Part shown: one piece after another, positions 19,631-31,914 of the stretch
How positions within the stretch are numbered: the first letter of the stretch is position 1
Layout of the letters: every line of letters starts with the position of its first letter
Assembly (NCBI RefSeq): GCF_001194135.2
Contig: NC_068986.1
Span: 1,798,988-1,832,392, forward strand
Reading direction: 5' to 3'
DNA length: 33,405 nucleotides
Source of the DNA: Octopus bimaculoides
Taxonomy: Eukaryota
The notes under the pieces: model-generated
Told to the model about the DNA's origin: nothing
Database searches by the model: none
The model's input: the letters and a program-made list of their open reading frames with translations, nothing else
Position numbers and translations under genes: made by a program

Positions 19631-20379
19631 CTGGGGTTTGTTTTAGTTTGCAAAGACAATCTTTGATATGAGAAAAGCTGTTGCTGTTCCACTGATGATA
19701 ATCTTCGATGATCTTAACACAAACCTGGACTAAGAAGTATTTATGAAAGATAACAACGTCGTATACACCTCGGTTGATATTCTGTCCGTGGGATTAAGAT
19801 TCAGGCAGAATACGATGGAGAAACTGTACCTAAAAATAATATTTTGACAATCTTTCGAACTAGGTACATAAAATGGATGAGCACAAAGGGAAAGAATGTG
19901 AGTAAAAGAAAAGTATTATCGTTCATAATCGGCAATGTAATTAGAGGGGAATATACCTGATTTAACTATATCTGTATTTAAATTTTTGAAGGAAAATTAC
20001 TAGACTGGATGTTAATGAGAAATACTTATTTGTGAGTTTTTTGTTAAAATCTCTGAAATAAAATAGAATATTTATATAGAGTAATAAGCAATTAATGCAT
20101 TTACTGAATGACATCAATGCATTATTACGGTGACGAAAAGAAATGTCACCGTAATAATCATCCGATGATTGTTGAAAAACGGCAGCTCTCTTTTGGTACT
20201 AATAAAAAAAAATATGCTAGTAAAAGCGTTTTCTAAGAAAATAAGGTGTAACTAATTAAATAATAAATATAAGAGAAAAATAGAAATTTCCGTTTTTGCT
20301 TTTAGTATCACAAATAGCATTTTTTAGCGTCCAGTTTGTACAATGTTTCTTAATACTGTGAATATAGTGAAACTATTTC

Positions 20380-20382
<3 letters not shown>

Positions 20383-20468
<86 letters not shown>
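20383..20468. repeat. (TG)n microsatellite
   Basis: Direct. Confidence 0.98.
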
Positions 20469-20473
<5 letters not shown>

Positions 20474-20876
20474 GTTTCAATGTCTTTTGTTTATTTGTTT
20501 TCTAAAATCAAATTATCGTCGTCATTTACCTTGTTTGTCAAACTGAAAACTTGGATTTTTAAGTTTGCATAAAGCGGGGTTATAAGTAGATCCAAGATCC
20601 ACGTATTAAATTAATTAGTTTTTACTTCATTATCATTGAAAGTATTTACATTTACATTTACTAGAGGTTGTTCTTTTGCGACTGCGTTTTACTTACTCCC
20701 AGGCCATAAAAAATATTTTAAAAACTCTTTTGTTTTAATTATAGGATGCATACACGCACATATTTATTTTTTCAGAGCTTGGATGTCTTTATTGTAAATG
20801 ATTTTGTTTTGTAATTTTAGTTTATTGTTGCCGTTTATCTTTTCTAAACAGATATAACAGAAAAAGCCCTTACATC

Positions 20877-21888
20877 ATGGCAAGTACAAGGAGCGATAGA
20901 AACAATGGACAAAAAGATTTGAGTGGCAATCGGAAACGAGCACTTGTCAAGGCTAAGGCAACTGAGAAAGAACAACGAAGAGGTACTATAACGAAATTTC
21001 TTGTCACTCCAGTTTTGAAGCGACAACGTATTGAGGATAAAGAAAATAAGAACAATTTGTTTTAAATGAGATACTCAAACATATAAAAGCAGCTAAATAC
21101 TACGCCATAATTTTAGACAGCATATCTGATATGGGTCGCCAAGAGCAAATGTCTCTAACGGTCAGGTATGTGTGTCTGATGGTCACTTGGCTCCACCAGG
21201 TGTTTATGAACATTTCATAAAGTTTATGAAAGCTGAAAGCAGCACAGGAGATTTATATTATACATTATTAAATTCACTGAAGGAATTAAATTTAGACGTG
21301 AAAGACATTCGAGGCCAAGGCTGTGACAACGGTTGTAACATGCTGGTCATATCTCTGGAGTAGAAGCCAGGCTGTTGAAGGATAATTCAAGAGCTTTGTT
21401 TGAGGCTCCACCGTTAGTCACGATGGTCTATTAAAAATTGAAAGCTCACATGACAGTTTTGATGCTTTATTACAAGTCAAGATAATCACTGACATATTGT
21501 TTGTGAAGAGGTCTTCTAAAACCAGTCTTTTCTGGTCTTTTTATCTGAGAAGTCTTTCAAAATCATTTCAAGATCAAAGTTTTTTGCAATGTCATTGAAA
21601 GACTTCTCAGATAAAAAAAAAAAAAAGACCAGAAAGGACTGTTTTTAGAAGACCTCTTCACAAACAATATGTCAGTGATTATCTTGACTTGTAATAAAGC
21701 ATTAAAACTTTCATATGAGCTTTCAATTTTTAATATACCATTGTGACTAATGGTGGAGCCTCAAGCCATCGACGCTTGAGACGGGCATACTACACCAAGC
21801 ATAAAACATCAATCTTCAGCTTTTGTAGAATAGAGGGCTCCACTAGCAATTCTCTAATTTAGCACCGCACTTCATAGCGCCGGCCCTG
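20877..21888 (+). mobile_element. Internally deleted and rearranged hAT transposon (Tip100/ZMYM1-like); left TIR not found
   Basis: MASTRSD...LSGNRKR...TITKFL N-terminus; LNEILKHIKAAKYYAIILDSISDMGRQEQMSLTVRYV; VYEHFIKF...DIRGQGCDNGCNM/GHISGVEARLLKDNSRALF. Right TIR GCGCCGGCCCTG ends at 21888. Confidence 0.88.
21400..21764. repeat. Long inverted repeat: arms 21400-21560 and 21595-21764, 34-nt spacer
   Basis: Manual alignment: 8 substitutions plus one A-run indel (5 vs 14 nt), with 60 bp of uninterrupted identity at 21462-21521. Confidence 0.97.
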
Positions 21889-22771
21889 TCTGGAAGTACT
21901 AATAAAAATTATATTTAGTTGATGAAATCTAATTAGACTGAAACATGCACTCAATACTGTGCTGTCAAATATCACATCCGCTTTCTACTACATTCTATTT
22001 TTAATACAATTTCATTTAAATTTCAGGATTGCCACTCCTGTCTCTTTTTTTTTTTTCTTTCTTAACCACAATTAATCATACGGTTAACTTTTTTTCTCTT
22101 GACTACAAATGTAATTTTGAATAATCAAAATGCCCTAATTCTCGCCATAAAATAAATTAGCGTTGACTTTACTATAAATTTTGCAGTAATTTGGTTGTTT
22201 GCACTAGCATAGCTGTATGAAATGCCTGCAACAAGTGTAAAACAGCAAAACGGAGTCTTGCATGATGGTGCACTATTTTCAATTTGTATTGTGATATATC
22301 GAGAGCAAGCTGTGTCACTTTATGTTTATAGTTTAAGATATTGCCGGTTATGTACTGCAGTTTTCTAATGTAGTGGTGTGCGAAACTGGTTCTTCCAATT
22401 CTATTGAAATCATAATTCTTCCAGTGGTGCACTCTCTTTGCTTTAATAGTACACTGCAAATTATGCCAAATATGTCAAAGACATTACTTTGCAATTCCCA
22501 GTTTGTGCTATAGAAATATAATTTAGGAAGACTATTGATTAACAGCGGGTTTCCGATGTGGACAGATTGCGCTACGTGACTGCAACATCCTGTAAACTTA
22601 GGCTATTTCTGCTACATCTAATGGTCTCATTTGCAAAGATGTATATTTAATGTTTATTCAGACAGAATAAAATGATCTATTTGTAATGGATGATTTAATA
22701 GACAAATCCGTTTTAAGAATTACCATACGAGTTTATACTTATAACATGGATTAACAGATATATTTAACATT

Positions 22772-22790
22772 GATATATATATATACATAC

Positions 22791-22821
<31 letters not shown>

Positions 22822-22830
22822 TGTATGTAC
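22772..22830. repeat. (TA)n/(TATG)n microsatellite
   Basis: Direct. Confidence 0.92.
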
Positions 22831-23844
22831 AATATCACTGCTTGGAATTGTGATGCCTTCAGCGAAGTGCCTCATTAATCACTGACAAGGAAATAAGTTC
22901 ATTGCTTTTTAACTTTTTCTAATAGATAACATCTATTCTTTAAATGAGACAGACGGAACTGATTGTTCCAGGATCAAAACCACTAACTTCTGTTTACTTC
23001 CCATTTTTCCAGTGGAGTGGTGGTGAGAGATAAATAAATACTAGTAAGGTACGGCAGTTGATTCAATTGACCCTAACCCTAATCCTCTACAAAACAAGAA
23101 CATGTATTCTTATAATATGAAGTAGCGGGACCCGAGGAAAACTCACAGTGTAAGTCAGCATATTTGAATATCCACTTAGCCTTCTGCCGATCTATGTATT
23201 TGTCTGCTCTCGTAATACCGACGAGCATTTAAACTTAGTAACTATATATATATATATATCGCTCGCACTTTCTCTGGTGTTTTCTCTTCCCATGGTTCTC
23301 ACTATTTTCGTTTAACTCTTTGTCTCCCCGTCTCCCCCTTTCTTCTCTGTATTACCTTTCTCCATTCCAGTTATTAATTCTGTTAGCGTAACACATGTAT
23401 GTACGTAAGTATAATATCGCAGAAGCAAGTAAATAATATTATAATGATTTAATTATGGAAAAGCACATTCACACACGCGCGCATACAATTTGAACATTTT
23501 GACTACAAAACAGTGTCAAAATTACAGATAAAAATGTTTTGTGAGACAAATGAAAGTGAATGTCATGTTGAAGGATATAATGCGACACTTGAACTTGGAT
23601 ACGCATTCTTCTTGATGGGTTATAAGGCGTACTTTTTTGTGCGCCTAATGAAATGTCTCAGAAAATCAGCTTACGTCTTTTCAAGACAAGATCGAAGCTT
23701 GGGTCATAGGAAAGTGGTGGTTCGAGGAAATCTGTCAAATAGAGCAAATGAATTATTAAATAAGGGTGCGAAGAGAGCGTGTGTATGCGTCCGCTATGTT
23801 ACACCGTTGCCTATTGTACTTCATGCAGCAATTCTTTCGACTGT

Positions 23845-23915
23845 AGGAACAAGGCTTGAAATACTATGGGAAGGGGTAAGTCGATTACATCGACCACAGT
23901 ACATAACTGATACTC
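23845..23915 (-). mobile_element. SINE family 2, 3' fragment
   Basis: GAAGGGGTAAGTCGATTACATCGACCACAGT matches 4608-4640. Confidence 0.75.
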
Positions 23916-24331
23916 TCGTTTTTCTTTCTCCTTGCTTTCTCAACTAATCACTTGAAAACGTTACATTTACATTCCCTCGACCTCAAGCTTCTCTCTCCCT
24001 CCTTTTCTTTCCCTCCTTTTCTCTCCCTCCTTTCTTTCTACCTCTTTTTCTCCGCCTCTTTTCTCTTTCCCTCTTTTCTTTCTCCCTTTTTTTCTCCAAT
24101 CACGTGAAAGTGTTACCGATGGGCTAAGTAACGGAATGACAGGCAGAATTATAATAGCATTCTTGTTTATTTTTTTCAAATTCATTAACAAGCCATTAAA
24201 AGTTCAATTTACGCTTTTATTTCTTATATTTTTACTGTAATGTAGCTACATCTTTCGGTATATTTAATATAATTTTCTTTGAAGTTCGTTCATTCGATCG
24301 CATTTCAATTGTTGTGGCATAAACTGTAGAT

Positions 24332-24624
24332 CAGTGGTTCTCGACCATTTTTTATCTATAGATCCCTCTGATTACTATATTATTCTGGTGAACTCCCATA
24401 GCCATTTGATGTTTTAAAACTAGTTTTATAAATACTTCTTTCAAAATAACTATTTTGTTTATCATACATTCATTTGTATAAGCTGAACTGTGTAAAACGT
24501 TAGAGAAAGACACCTAGGTGATTCTTGCAGAAAATACAACTAAAGCAAGAGATTTTCATGAATCCATAAAATACTACTGTGGACCCATAAAACATCATAT
24601 ATGGACCTCGGCTGAGAACCATTG
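24332..24624. mobile_element. hAT (Charlie-like) MITE, 293 bp
   Basis: TIRs CAGTGGTTCTCGACC / GGCTGAGAACCATTG. 8-bp flanks CTGTAGAT (24324-24331) / CTGTAGAC (24625-24632). Confidence 0.88.
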
Positions 24625-24764
24625 CTGTAGACTAAAGCTTGGACACAAACCTATACCATAATTAACTTCAATAAGAGTCTATCTATTTGTGACTGGTCTG
24701 TAATTTAATCTAACCAGATTTTCCTTGTAACATTCTCACCGATACGAGCAGATTTACCAGATCG

Positions 24765-24993
<229 letters not shown>

Positions 24994-25029
24994 GCGCTGA
25001 TATTATTTGTTTTGGTTGTTGTTCTATGG

Positions 25030-25192
25030 TTGCTGTCCAGTCGCAACCATCCCCACTTTTTTTCTCAGAAATATTGGAAAGTTCTACATTATCCAATGTG
25101 TTTTTTTTTTTCGTTTCTTAAGGCAGTAGAGTACAATTTGAGGAAGATTCAGCTGCTATTTCTTGCTCGTCGACCGACCACTTAGAGACTCA
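25030..25192 (+). mobile_element. Dispersed repeat family 3 copy
   Basis: TCCAGTCGCAACCATCCC...ACATTATCCAATGTG...GAGGAAGATTCAGCTGCTATTTC...CGACCAC. Confidence 0.6.
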
Positions 25193-26026
25193 CTCTTTGG
25201 TCCTTTGTTTCAGTATTACTTAAAAGAACAACTATAAAAATTATGAAGAACAGATAATAAAAATAAACGTAATTGGTGCAATCTGAAACAATTGTTTATG
25301 AAGTTCATTAGACAAAAGTCGATAACAGTTTACAAATAAATAAACAAATAAGTTATTCTCTTCCTCGACCGGCACGATCTCTGCTTTCAATACCACTTCA
25401 GATTGAACGTAACTCAATGTTAGATTTCCAACAAGGTTTGAAAATATCGATGAGACGTCGCCGTCAAAAGGGCGATGTGCATCGATCAGTATATAATAGT
25501 ATAAGCTTCTCGGGATCAAACGCTAATTACATTTGTTCTGATAAATGTAATTACGCAGGGGTGATTAGTTTTTCAGAATTAATTCATCGCATACAATTTT
25601 CGAAGATTCTTCACGACTTGAATAATAAGTAAAACGTTCTTCAATTTTAATAGACAACACGAGTAAATTTGCCAACACTTCGCTTCGTTGGTAAAATGGC
25701 CGATCAGTAGTCTTGTGTCGACTGTTTCAATATCTTTTCTTAATCTTTTGATAGATTTGCTAAAGTTCAATGTGCTTTGAAATCGATTTCATTGATTTCT
25801 TTTTTTATATATATATTATGAATTACAGTTGACCTTAGCAATAACTTTGGTCACTGACCTCAGGAATGCACAGAGAAAACTTTATTTATTTATCTTATTG
25901 CTAATGGATACTAGTGATGGATCATGTCTTGTACATTTTAATCCCAGCGAAGCTCATCCCTCTCCAGGTCTAAATATAGCCAAATTCTTCCGGAGAGAAA
26001 GCTTAAGAGAGGGGCAGGGACTGGGA

Positions 26027-26028
<2 letters not shown>

Positions 26029-26063
<35 letters not shown>

Positions 26064-26100
26064 TGTGTGTATATATATATACACACACACACACATGTAT
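26029..26100. repeat. (GA)n(GT)n(TA)n(CA)n compound microsatellite
   Basis: Direct. Confidence 0.93.
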
Positions 26101-26221
26101 GTATCCAATAAATTTTCATTGTAAAAGATGTTCGTTCTCTCGTTAGTTCTATTTTTTACAACAGAATAAATTATCGGCTTTAACTCCGATGATGATCATA
26201 TACATAGTGAAAAGTTTTCTG

Positions 26222-26289
26222 ATACTAGCTTCCATACATACTAGCTTCCATACATACTAGCTTCCATACATACTAGCTTCCATACATAC
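26222..26289. repeat. Perfect 16-bp tandem repeat ATACTAGCTTCCATAC x4.25
   Basis: Identical units start at 26222, 26238, 26254 and 26270. Confidence 0.97.
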
Positions 26290-26371
26290 CTTCTTGAGAC
26301 TGAAGTTATGAGTTGCTATAAAATATGAAGCGCTCAGTTTTAAACTGACTCAACTGGTTAAGAGACTCCAG

Positions 26372-26482
<111 letters not shown>

Positions 26483-27212
26483 ATATGCACAATGGTCCCG
26501 AAGATTTTGGAGATTCAGTTCATAAATATTTGAATATTGAAGAGGTTGTTCGCCTTGTAAGATAACTTAATATTAAACCTTAAATATTAAGCCAATCACT
26601 TCAAAGAAAGAGTAATTTGGTATAGTTAGCAAATGTTTTATTAGACTCATTACGCAGCTAATGTTACTGTAATGGCATTGCAGTAACATTACTACTAATG
26701 GGTTTAATCGCATGGAAGACATTCACAATTGTTGATATATCCAATTCGATGGAGTAAAATTCTATCCTTACCCTTCACGATGTTTTCTATAGGATTCGGT
26801 AAAATAAATAATCCTATGACCAACACTGATATCGATATCATAATAAACTCAAGGAAATAATTATTTCATGATAATTTCTTTTGGGTTATGAAACACGGAT
26901 ATGAACTTTTCGATGTATCCATCACATCAAGGATGTTTTGTTGGGTCAAAAGAGGAGGGGTATGAGAAGGTGTCTTTGTCTGCTCAGGACTACATAAGAA
27001 CCGACAACAATTAGCAAAAGTATAGAACATGAATAAGTCATACTCAGTCATAAGTGACTGTTGGCTGTACTTCGTATTCAATGTTAAAAGCAGCTCCGGC
27101 AACGTCGGTAGTTTTATCTAATGGGTTTCCTCTACTCAAGTCTAAACGATAGCTGTAATTACTTGTCATGGGAAACGAATTCTGTGAAAAGCTGTTAATA
27201 GCTTTTGTTTAG

Positions 27213-27373
27213 ATAATGAATTGGTGTTCACTAAAAAGACTCCAGTGGATTTATTGAGCTTTGTTGGGGATATAAACTGGATTTCTAGTGACACGAGTTT
27301 AAAATCGAGAAAGAGACTGCACACTGCTGTTAAATTGTCATCACTCTTGGATATTTTATTCGTGGCTGGCATG
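27213..27373 (+). CDS. Candidate exon (NELVFTKKTPVDLLSFVGDINWISSDTSLKSRKRLHTAVKLSSLLDILFVAGM), product unknown
   Basis: TTTTGTTTAG| acceptor, ATG|GTAATA donor, 161 nt open (phase 1 to 0), protein-like composition. No family recognised. Confidence 0.4.
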
Positions 27374-27888
27374 GTAATATATGCATGGTTGATAACAATT
27401 TCTTTTTATCATCTTCTATGCCGTTTAACGGGCTGCTTTTTAACTCTTGTTTTATGAGATATCGAGTAAATTAGTCGTGTGGTTGTCAATAAGTTGACGT
27501 CTCGCTGTAAAATTTCCCATGAGAGAGCAAATACAGATAGGAAAATCGTTCAAATGTTTCCAATGGCAACAATAAGAGACTTTGGTTTTTATACGGCAAT
27601 GAAATCAAATGAATTACTAAAAGGAAAAAGAAAACATAGAATTGGCTTGTCGAAAATGTCCTTTCATATTTCTTCTTATTTCATCTACCTACAATTTTGA
27701 AGTATAGTGTCAGGCCAAGTACTTTCTTCTAACAATTTCACAGTTTCACAATTTCAGCTGTAAAGATGGGAAAATAAAATAAAATAAAATAAAAGGGGAA
27801 CAGAGAAATAACAAAAATACAGATAAGGTAGAAATGAAAGAAAAACAGCAAGACATGGATATATATATATATACATATATATATATAT

Positions 27889-28237
27889 NNNNNNNNNNNN
27901 NNNNNNNNNNNNNNNNNNNNNNNNNNNNNNNNNNNNNNNNNNNNNNNNNNNNNNNNNNNNNNNNNNNNNNNNNNNNNNNNNNNNNNNNNNNNNNNNNNNN
28001 NNNNNNNNNNNNNNNNNNNNNNNNNNNNNNNNNNNNNNNNNNNNNNNNNNNNNNNNNNNNNNNNNNNNNNNNNNNNNNNNNNNNNNNNNNNNNNNNNNNN
28101 NNNNNNNNNNNNNNNNNNNNNNNNNNNNNNNNNNNNNNNNNNNNNNNNNNNNNNNNNNNNNNNNNNNNNNNNNNNNNNNNNNNNNNNNNNNNNNNNNNNN
28201 NNNNNNNNNNNNNNNNNNNNNNNNNNNNNNNNNNNNN
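27889..28237. other. Assembly gap (N run)
   Basis: 349 N. Confidence 1.
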
Positions 28238-28400
28238 GGGAGTAGGAGGAGGAGAAGGGGAGTAGGAGGAGGAGAAGGGGATGAGGAGGTGGGAAGGAGA
28301 AGAAGAAGAAGAAGAAGAAGAAGAAGAAGAAGAAGAAGAAGAAGAAGAAGAAGAAGAAGAAGAAGAAGAAGAAGAAAGGAAAGGGAAAGGGAAAGGGAAG
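28238..28400. repeat. Purine tract with (GAA)n core at 28298-28376
   Basis: Direct. Confidence 0.96.
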
Positions 28401-28509
28401 AAGTTTTAAGATTATTATTCATTTTTATAAGATTGTGGTTTATTATTAATTATCCCGCTTGGGCCGAAGAAAAGGACATTCGAATGACAGCCCTATTTTC
28501 ACCAATCTT

Positions 28510-28812
28510 TCCCCTACAAAAGTCGGAAGTTGATCTGGACGTTTTTTGAAGGTCAACACTGGTGACGAAAGCCGGTGTCATGGAATTTGCAGATGTGGAA
28601 GAAGTGGAGAAGGAAAAAACGGCAGAGGCGTTAAAAGGCATCACTTTGCAAGAGTTCCAGGACTGCTTCGAATAGAGGAAAATGCGCCTGGATCGATGCA
28701 TTGCTTCAAATGGAGAACACTTTGACGGCGACAAAAGGGAAAACGTGTAAAACTAAGTGAATAGAATAATATTGCAAAATTCCAGTTTCTTTTGGGTCCC
28801 CCTCCTCGTGTA
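28510..28812 (+). mobile_element. Internally deleted mariner 3' remnant with probable right terminus
   Basis: KVNTGDESR (cf. ITGDESW, first catalytic D) sits almost directly before FADVEEV.KEKTAEALKGITLQEFQDCFE*RKMRLDRCIASNGEHFDGD. AAAATTCCAGTTTCTTTTGGGTCCCCC-type end. Confidence 0.82.
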
Positions 28813-29070
28813 TATGGTGGTGGGGGTCCCGTAAAACCCTCTGATTATTTCAATGGTTTGTTCAGAATAAAAGTGCAACAGCGGTAACCCTTTTCAACTC
28901 CTCCAAGACTGGTAGCTGAAAGGGAGAAGCTTATCCTTTGATAGGGAGACTTGATCTGAATGCTTGCAATCAGAGTGGATTCTTCTGGAGTCACCCAAAA
29001 GCCAGGTGGTGGTATTAAACTGAGTGATGGATTAAGACTATTCCCTGAGAACAGAAATGATGTTTGCGTC

Positions 29071-29230
29071 AGGCTTCCACACAATTTCCATTTACCAAAT
29101 TTCACTCACAAGGCACTCATCTACCCGCGACTTTTGTAGAAGACATTTTCCCAACGTGTCATTCAGTAAGATCGAACCAGAAACCAAATGGTCGTGAAGT
29201 GAACGCTTTAACCACACAGCTATATCTGTG
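29071..29230 (-). mobile_element. Diverged SINE family 1 5' half
   Basis: GGCTTCCACACAATTTCC...ACTCACAAGGCA...GTAGAAGACA...GAAACCA...TTAACCACACAGC. Confidence 0.8.
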
Positions 29231-29779
29231 ACTACCAAGTGAATGTAGATCAAAAAGCAGAAACATTTCTGTTATCAGAACAAGGTGGGAAACTGAAGGA
29301 GAAACGACTTTGTTAGAATTACTAGAATTCAATGTTTTTGCACAATCAAAGTTGTTGCAAGAAAACTTAATAAGTTGTATTGCTTTGATTAAATTCTCTT
29401 TGATTTTGCTATATTAATCCATTCAAACATTTTAAAAAATCTTGATTAAAATGAATTTATCATCAAAAAAGAACGTGAACTATCGATTCTTCTGGTGTCC
29501 TCGACAGTATACGTACAGAAAGTTGTGAAGACCAAGTTTAGCTTAATTATTGAAGGCTACTCTAAGTATATACGGCGTAAGATTTTCAAATAAATATTGA
29601 TACCTACCCTTTTTGTGAAGTAATATTAAGGTAATATTTTATATAACTATAAAAGAAAAAAATATTTTCCAAAGATTTATATTTATTTGTTTAATTATTT
29701 TATCTATTTATTTATCTATTTTCACACACTTGTATGTGAAATATGAAAAATAAACATTCGAAACGATGCAGGGCTGGTA

Positions 29780-30150
29780 TACGTGCAGACAACCTAGATC
29801 CCATTGAAAATGACCACCCAGTTGATTGCCAGTAACTCGCTTACGTGCTCCAACCTTAGACCCATACACGGCTTCTCTTTTCACTCTGATTCCTCTACTG
29901 CTACTACAGAGGCCACTGCTTCTCGCACTCGGCTTGTGTTGTACCACTTCCACTCAAGCACAGCTAACTCACTCGTCTCATCCATCGTCATACATATTGA
30001 GTCCATCTCCACACCGCAGAGTCAACATTAACTACTTCGCACAGTCATTTCTTCCCAGAACGTCAGTCATCTGGAATTTCTTCCCTTCCTCAATTACTCA
30101 TTTACGTGTAGCTATTAATTTGTAACTCTTCAGGAGGAATATTAAACAAG
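29780..30150 (+). mobile_element. CR1-like LINE 3' remnant
   Basis: Across frameshifts: TTQLIASNSLT, ASL, YCYYRGHC, and NYFAQSFLPRTSVIWNFFPSSI...INL*LFRRNI, typical of the CR1-group RT C-terminus. Confidence 0.75.
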
Positions 30151-30494
30151 TCTATATCACCATTGTCAGATATTCAACAAAGATCGTGGACATAGTTCCT
30201 CCTTTTTAATGTAACCCGTAATATCCTGTTTCATTTTCCTAAAGGGAGAGATGTAAGAACTGATTGGAGAACCTGGTTTTGCTTCTTACCAAAGATACTG
30301 AACACTTAATTCTGTAACGTAGCATCAATTTAACTGCGAGATAAGATGAATTATTAATGGTAAATGACTTTAGTTGAACTTTAATGGCGCAATGATGAAT
30401 AATTAATTGTATTAGTTAAAAACTACTAATTATTCACTTTATTAGACTACCGGCACAATTCATTTAATATTTGCATTGATATAATATTCATTTC

Positions 30495-30730
30495 ATTACA
30501 CACACATACACACACACACATACAAACATACGTATATACATATATGCCTATATATATATNNNNNNNNNNNNNNNNNNNNNNNNNNNNNNNATATATATAC
30601 ATACGTATATGCGCATAGACATGTATGTATGTCTGCACGTGTGTCTACATATATTTGTAATTATATATGTATGTATGCATGTATGTATGTATGTATGTAT
30701 GTATGTATGTATGGATGGATGGATGGATGG
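30495..30730. repeat. Compound CA/TA/TATG/TGGA microsatellite with gap at 30560-30590
   Basis: Direct. 31 N. Confidence 0.95.
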
Positions 30731-31720
30731 ATTTATGGAAGCATATCTGTGAGTATCACGTGTTTGAAGGGCCATGTACAATACTCTTCAGTTATTAATA
30801 GCCGTTGAGACCAAGATGTAATTAAGTTAACATTTTAATTTGGTAAAGTGCTAACGATAATATCAATTAATATCAGAATTGTAAAAGAATTTTTATGACG
30901 AAGGCTTGTGCAATGGATTTTGAAATTAAATTTCAATGTTTTAAAAACCGTCTTGGTATATTTGACAGAAATAGAACCGAAACAGTTTAACTATTTCTCT
31001 TTTGTAATATGAACGTTAAATCGCATTGCTCTGTAATTTTACGTAGATGGAGTTTTTGTCTGAATCAAATCTGATAGAATTTATTAGGCATGATATATTT
31101 TGTAGAAGTAGTGTTGTATTGTAAAATATTGATCAGTCCATGTTAAATGTAAATATACACGTGGTGACAAATCTGAATAAAATCTGTAGGTTTGCATGCT
31201 TACCTGTACGTTAACCATATTCAATGGTGATGTAGTTCCCATGTTCGAAAACCTCTTTCATTTTCTCTCTTTTTATAATCTCACCGATCACCCTTCGAAT
31301 AAGCATTAGCAATATCACACGGTACGCTCACACAAAACAACACTGTCGCTTATCAGATGCAAACGTATTGTTCGCACTGGCTTCTTCACACAATAATATT
31401 TAATACTTTACAGATTAAATATCCAGAATAACAAAAGAACGAATACTTTGGTATTTTGTCCACTTTATCGTCGACCAGAACCGATAGAATGGAACCAAGA
31501 GGAGTAAATCGATTGATAGTATGAGAATAATCGATTACCATACTTCTTTTGCGGCAGCCTTCATGGCTACTAACAGTTGATATGATAATGTTGTAGCTCG
31601 GTAGTTTTCGAGTTTCACATTTGGTATATTAAGTACTATATTACTGTACATCACCACAATTTAAGAACTGCTTTATGATCCGGGAATACAGAAGGCGGAT
31701 TAATTTAATTTCCTTCTCAG

Positions 31721-31872
31721 AGCTTGAAGACTATAACAATCCATCTTGGTTGGTTCCAAAAACGTTTACAAAATTTATTGAGCTAGCAGCCAGAAAAAAT
31801 AATAAAACAAATCAAAACGAAACTCTTTCACGATTCCAAGTAGTGAAATACACAAACAATAAAAAAACATAA
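31721..31872 (+). CDS. Candidate (terminal?) exon LEDYNNPSWLVPKTFTKFIELAARKNNKTNQNETLSRFQVVKYTNNKKT*
   Basis: Strong acceptor TTAATTTAATTTCCTTCTCAG| at 31720, open in phase 1. No family recognised. Confidence 0.33.
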
Positions 31873-31914
31873 ATTGTCTACATTTGTAGATTTATTAGAA
31901 AGGGGGAGCTTTAG

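Noticed and set aside
20560-20876. Left TIR of the hAT element
   Set aside because: No CAGGGCCGGC-like sequence found upstream of the transposase start, so the 5' boundary is left undefined.
22172-22459. 95-aa minus-strand ORF
   Set aside because: No recognisable domain or splice support; within chance expectation.
23072-23088. CCCTAACCCTAA telomere-like motif
   Set aside because: Only two units; not an interstitial telomeric array.
25241-25770. Overlapping 63-92 aa ORFs, with one minus frame (LANLLVLSIKIEE) faintly like a hAT dimerisation motif
   Set aside because: No further transposase motifs, no TIRs and no convincing splice sites.
27754-28549. Poly-R and poly-L ORFs
   Set aside because: (GAA)n tract and gap artefacts.
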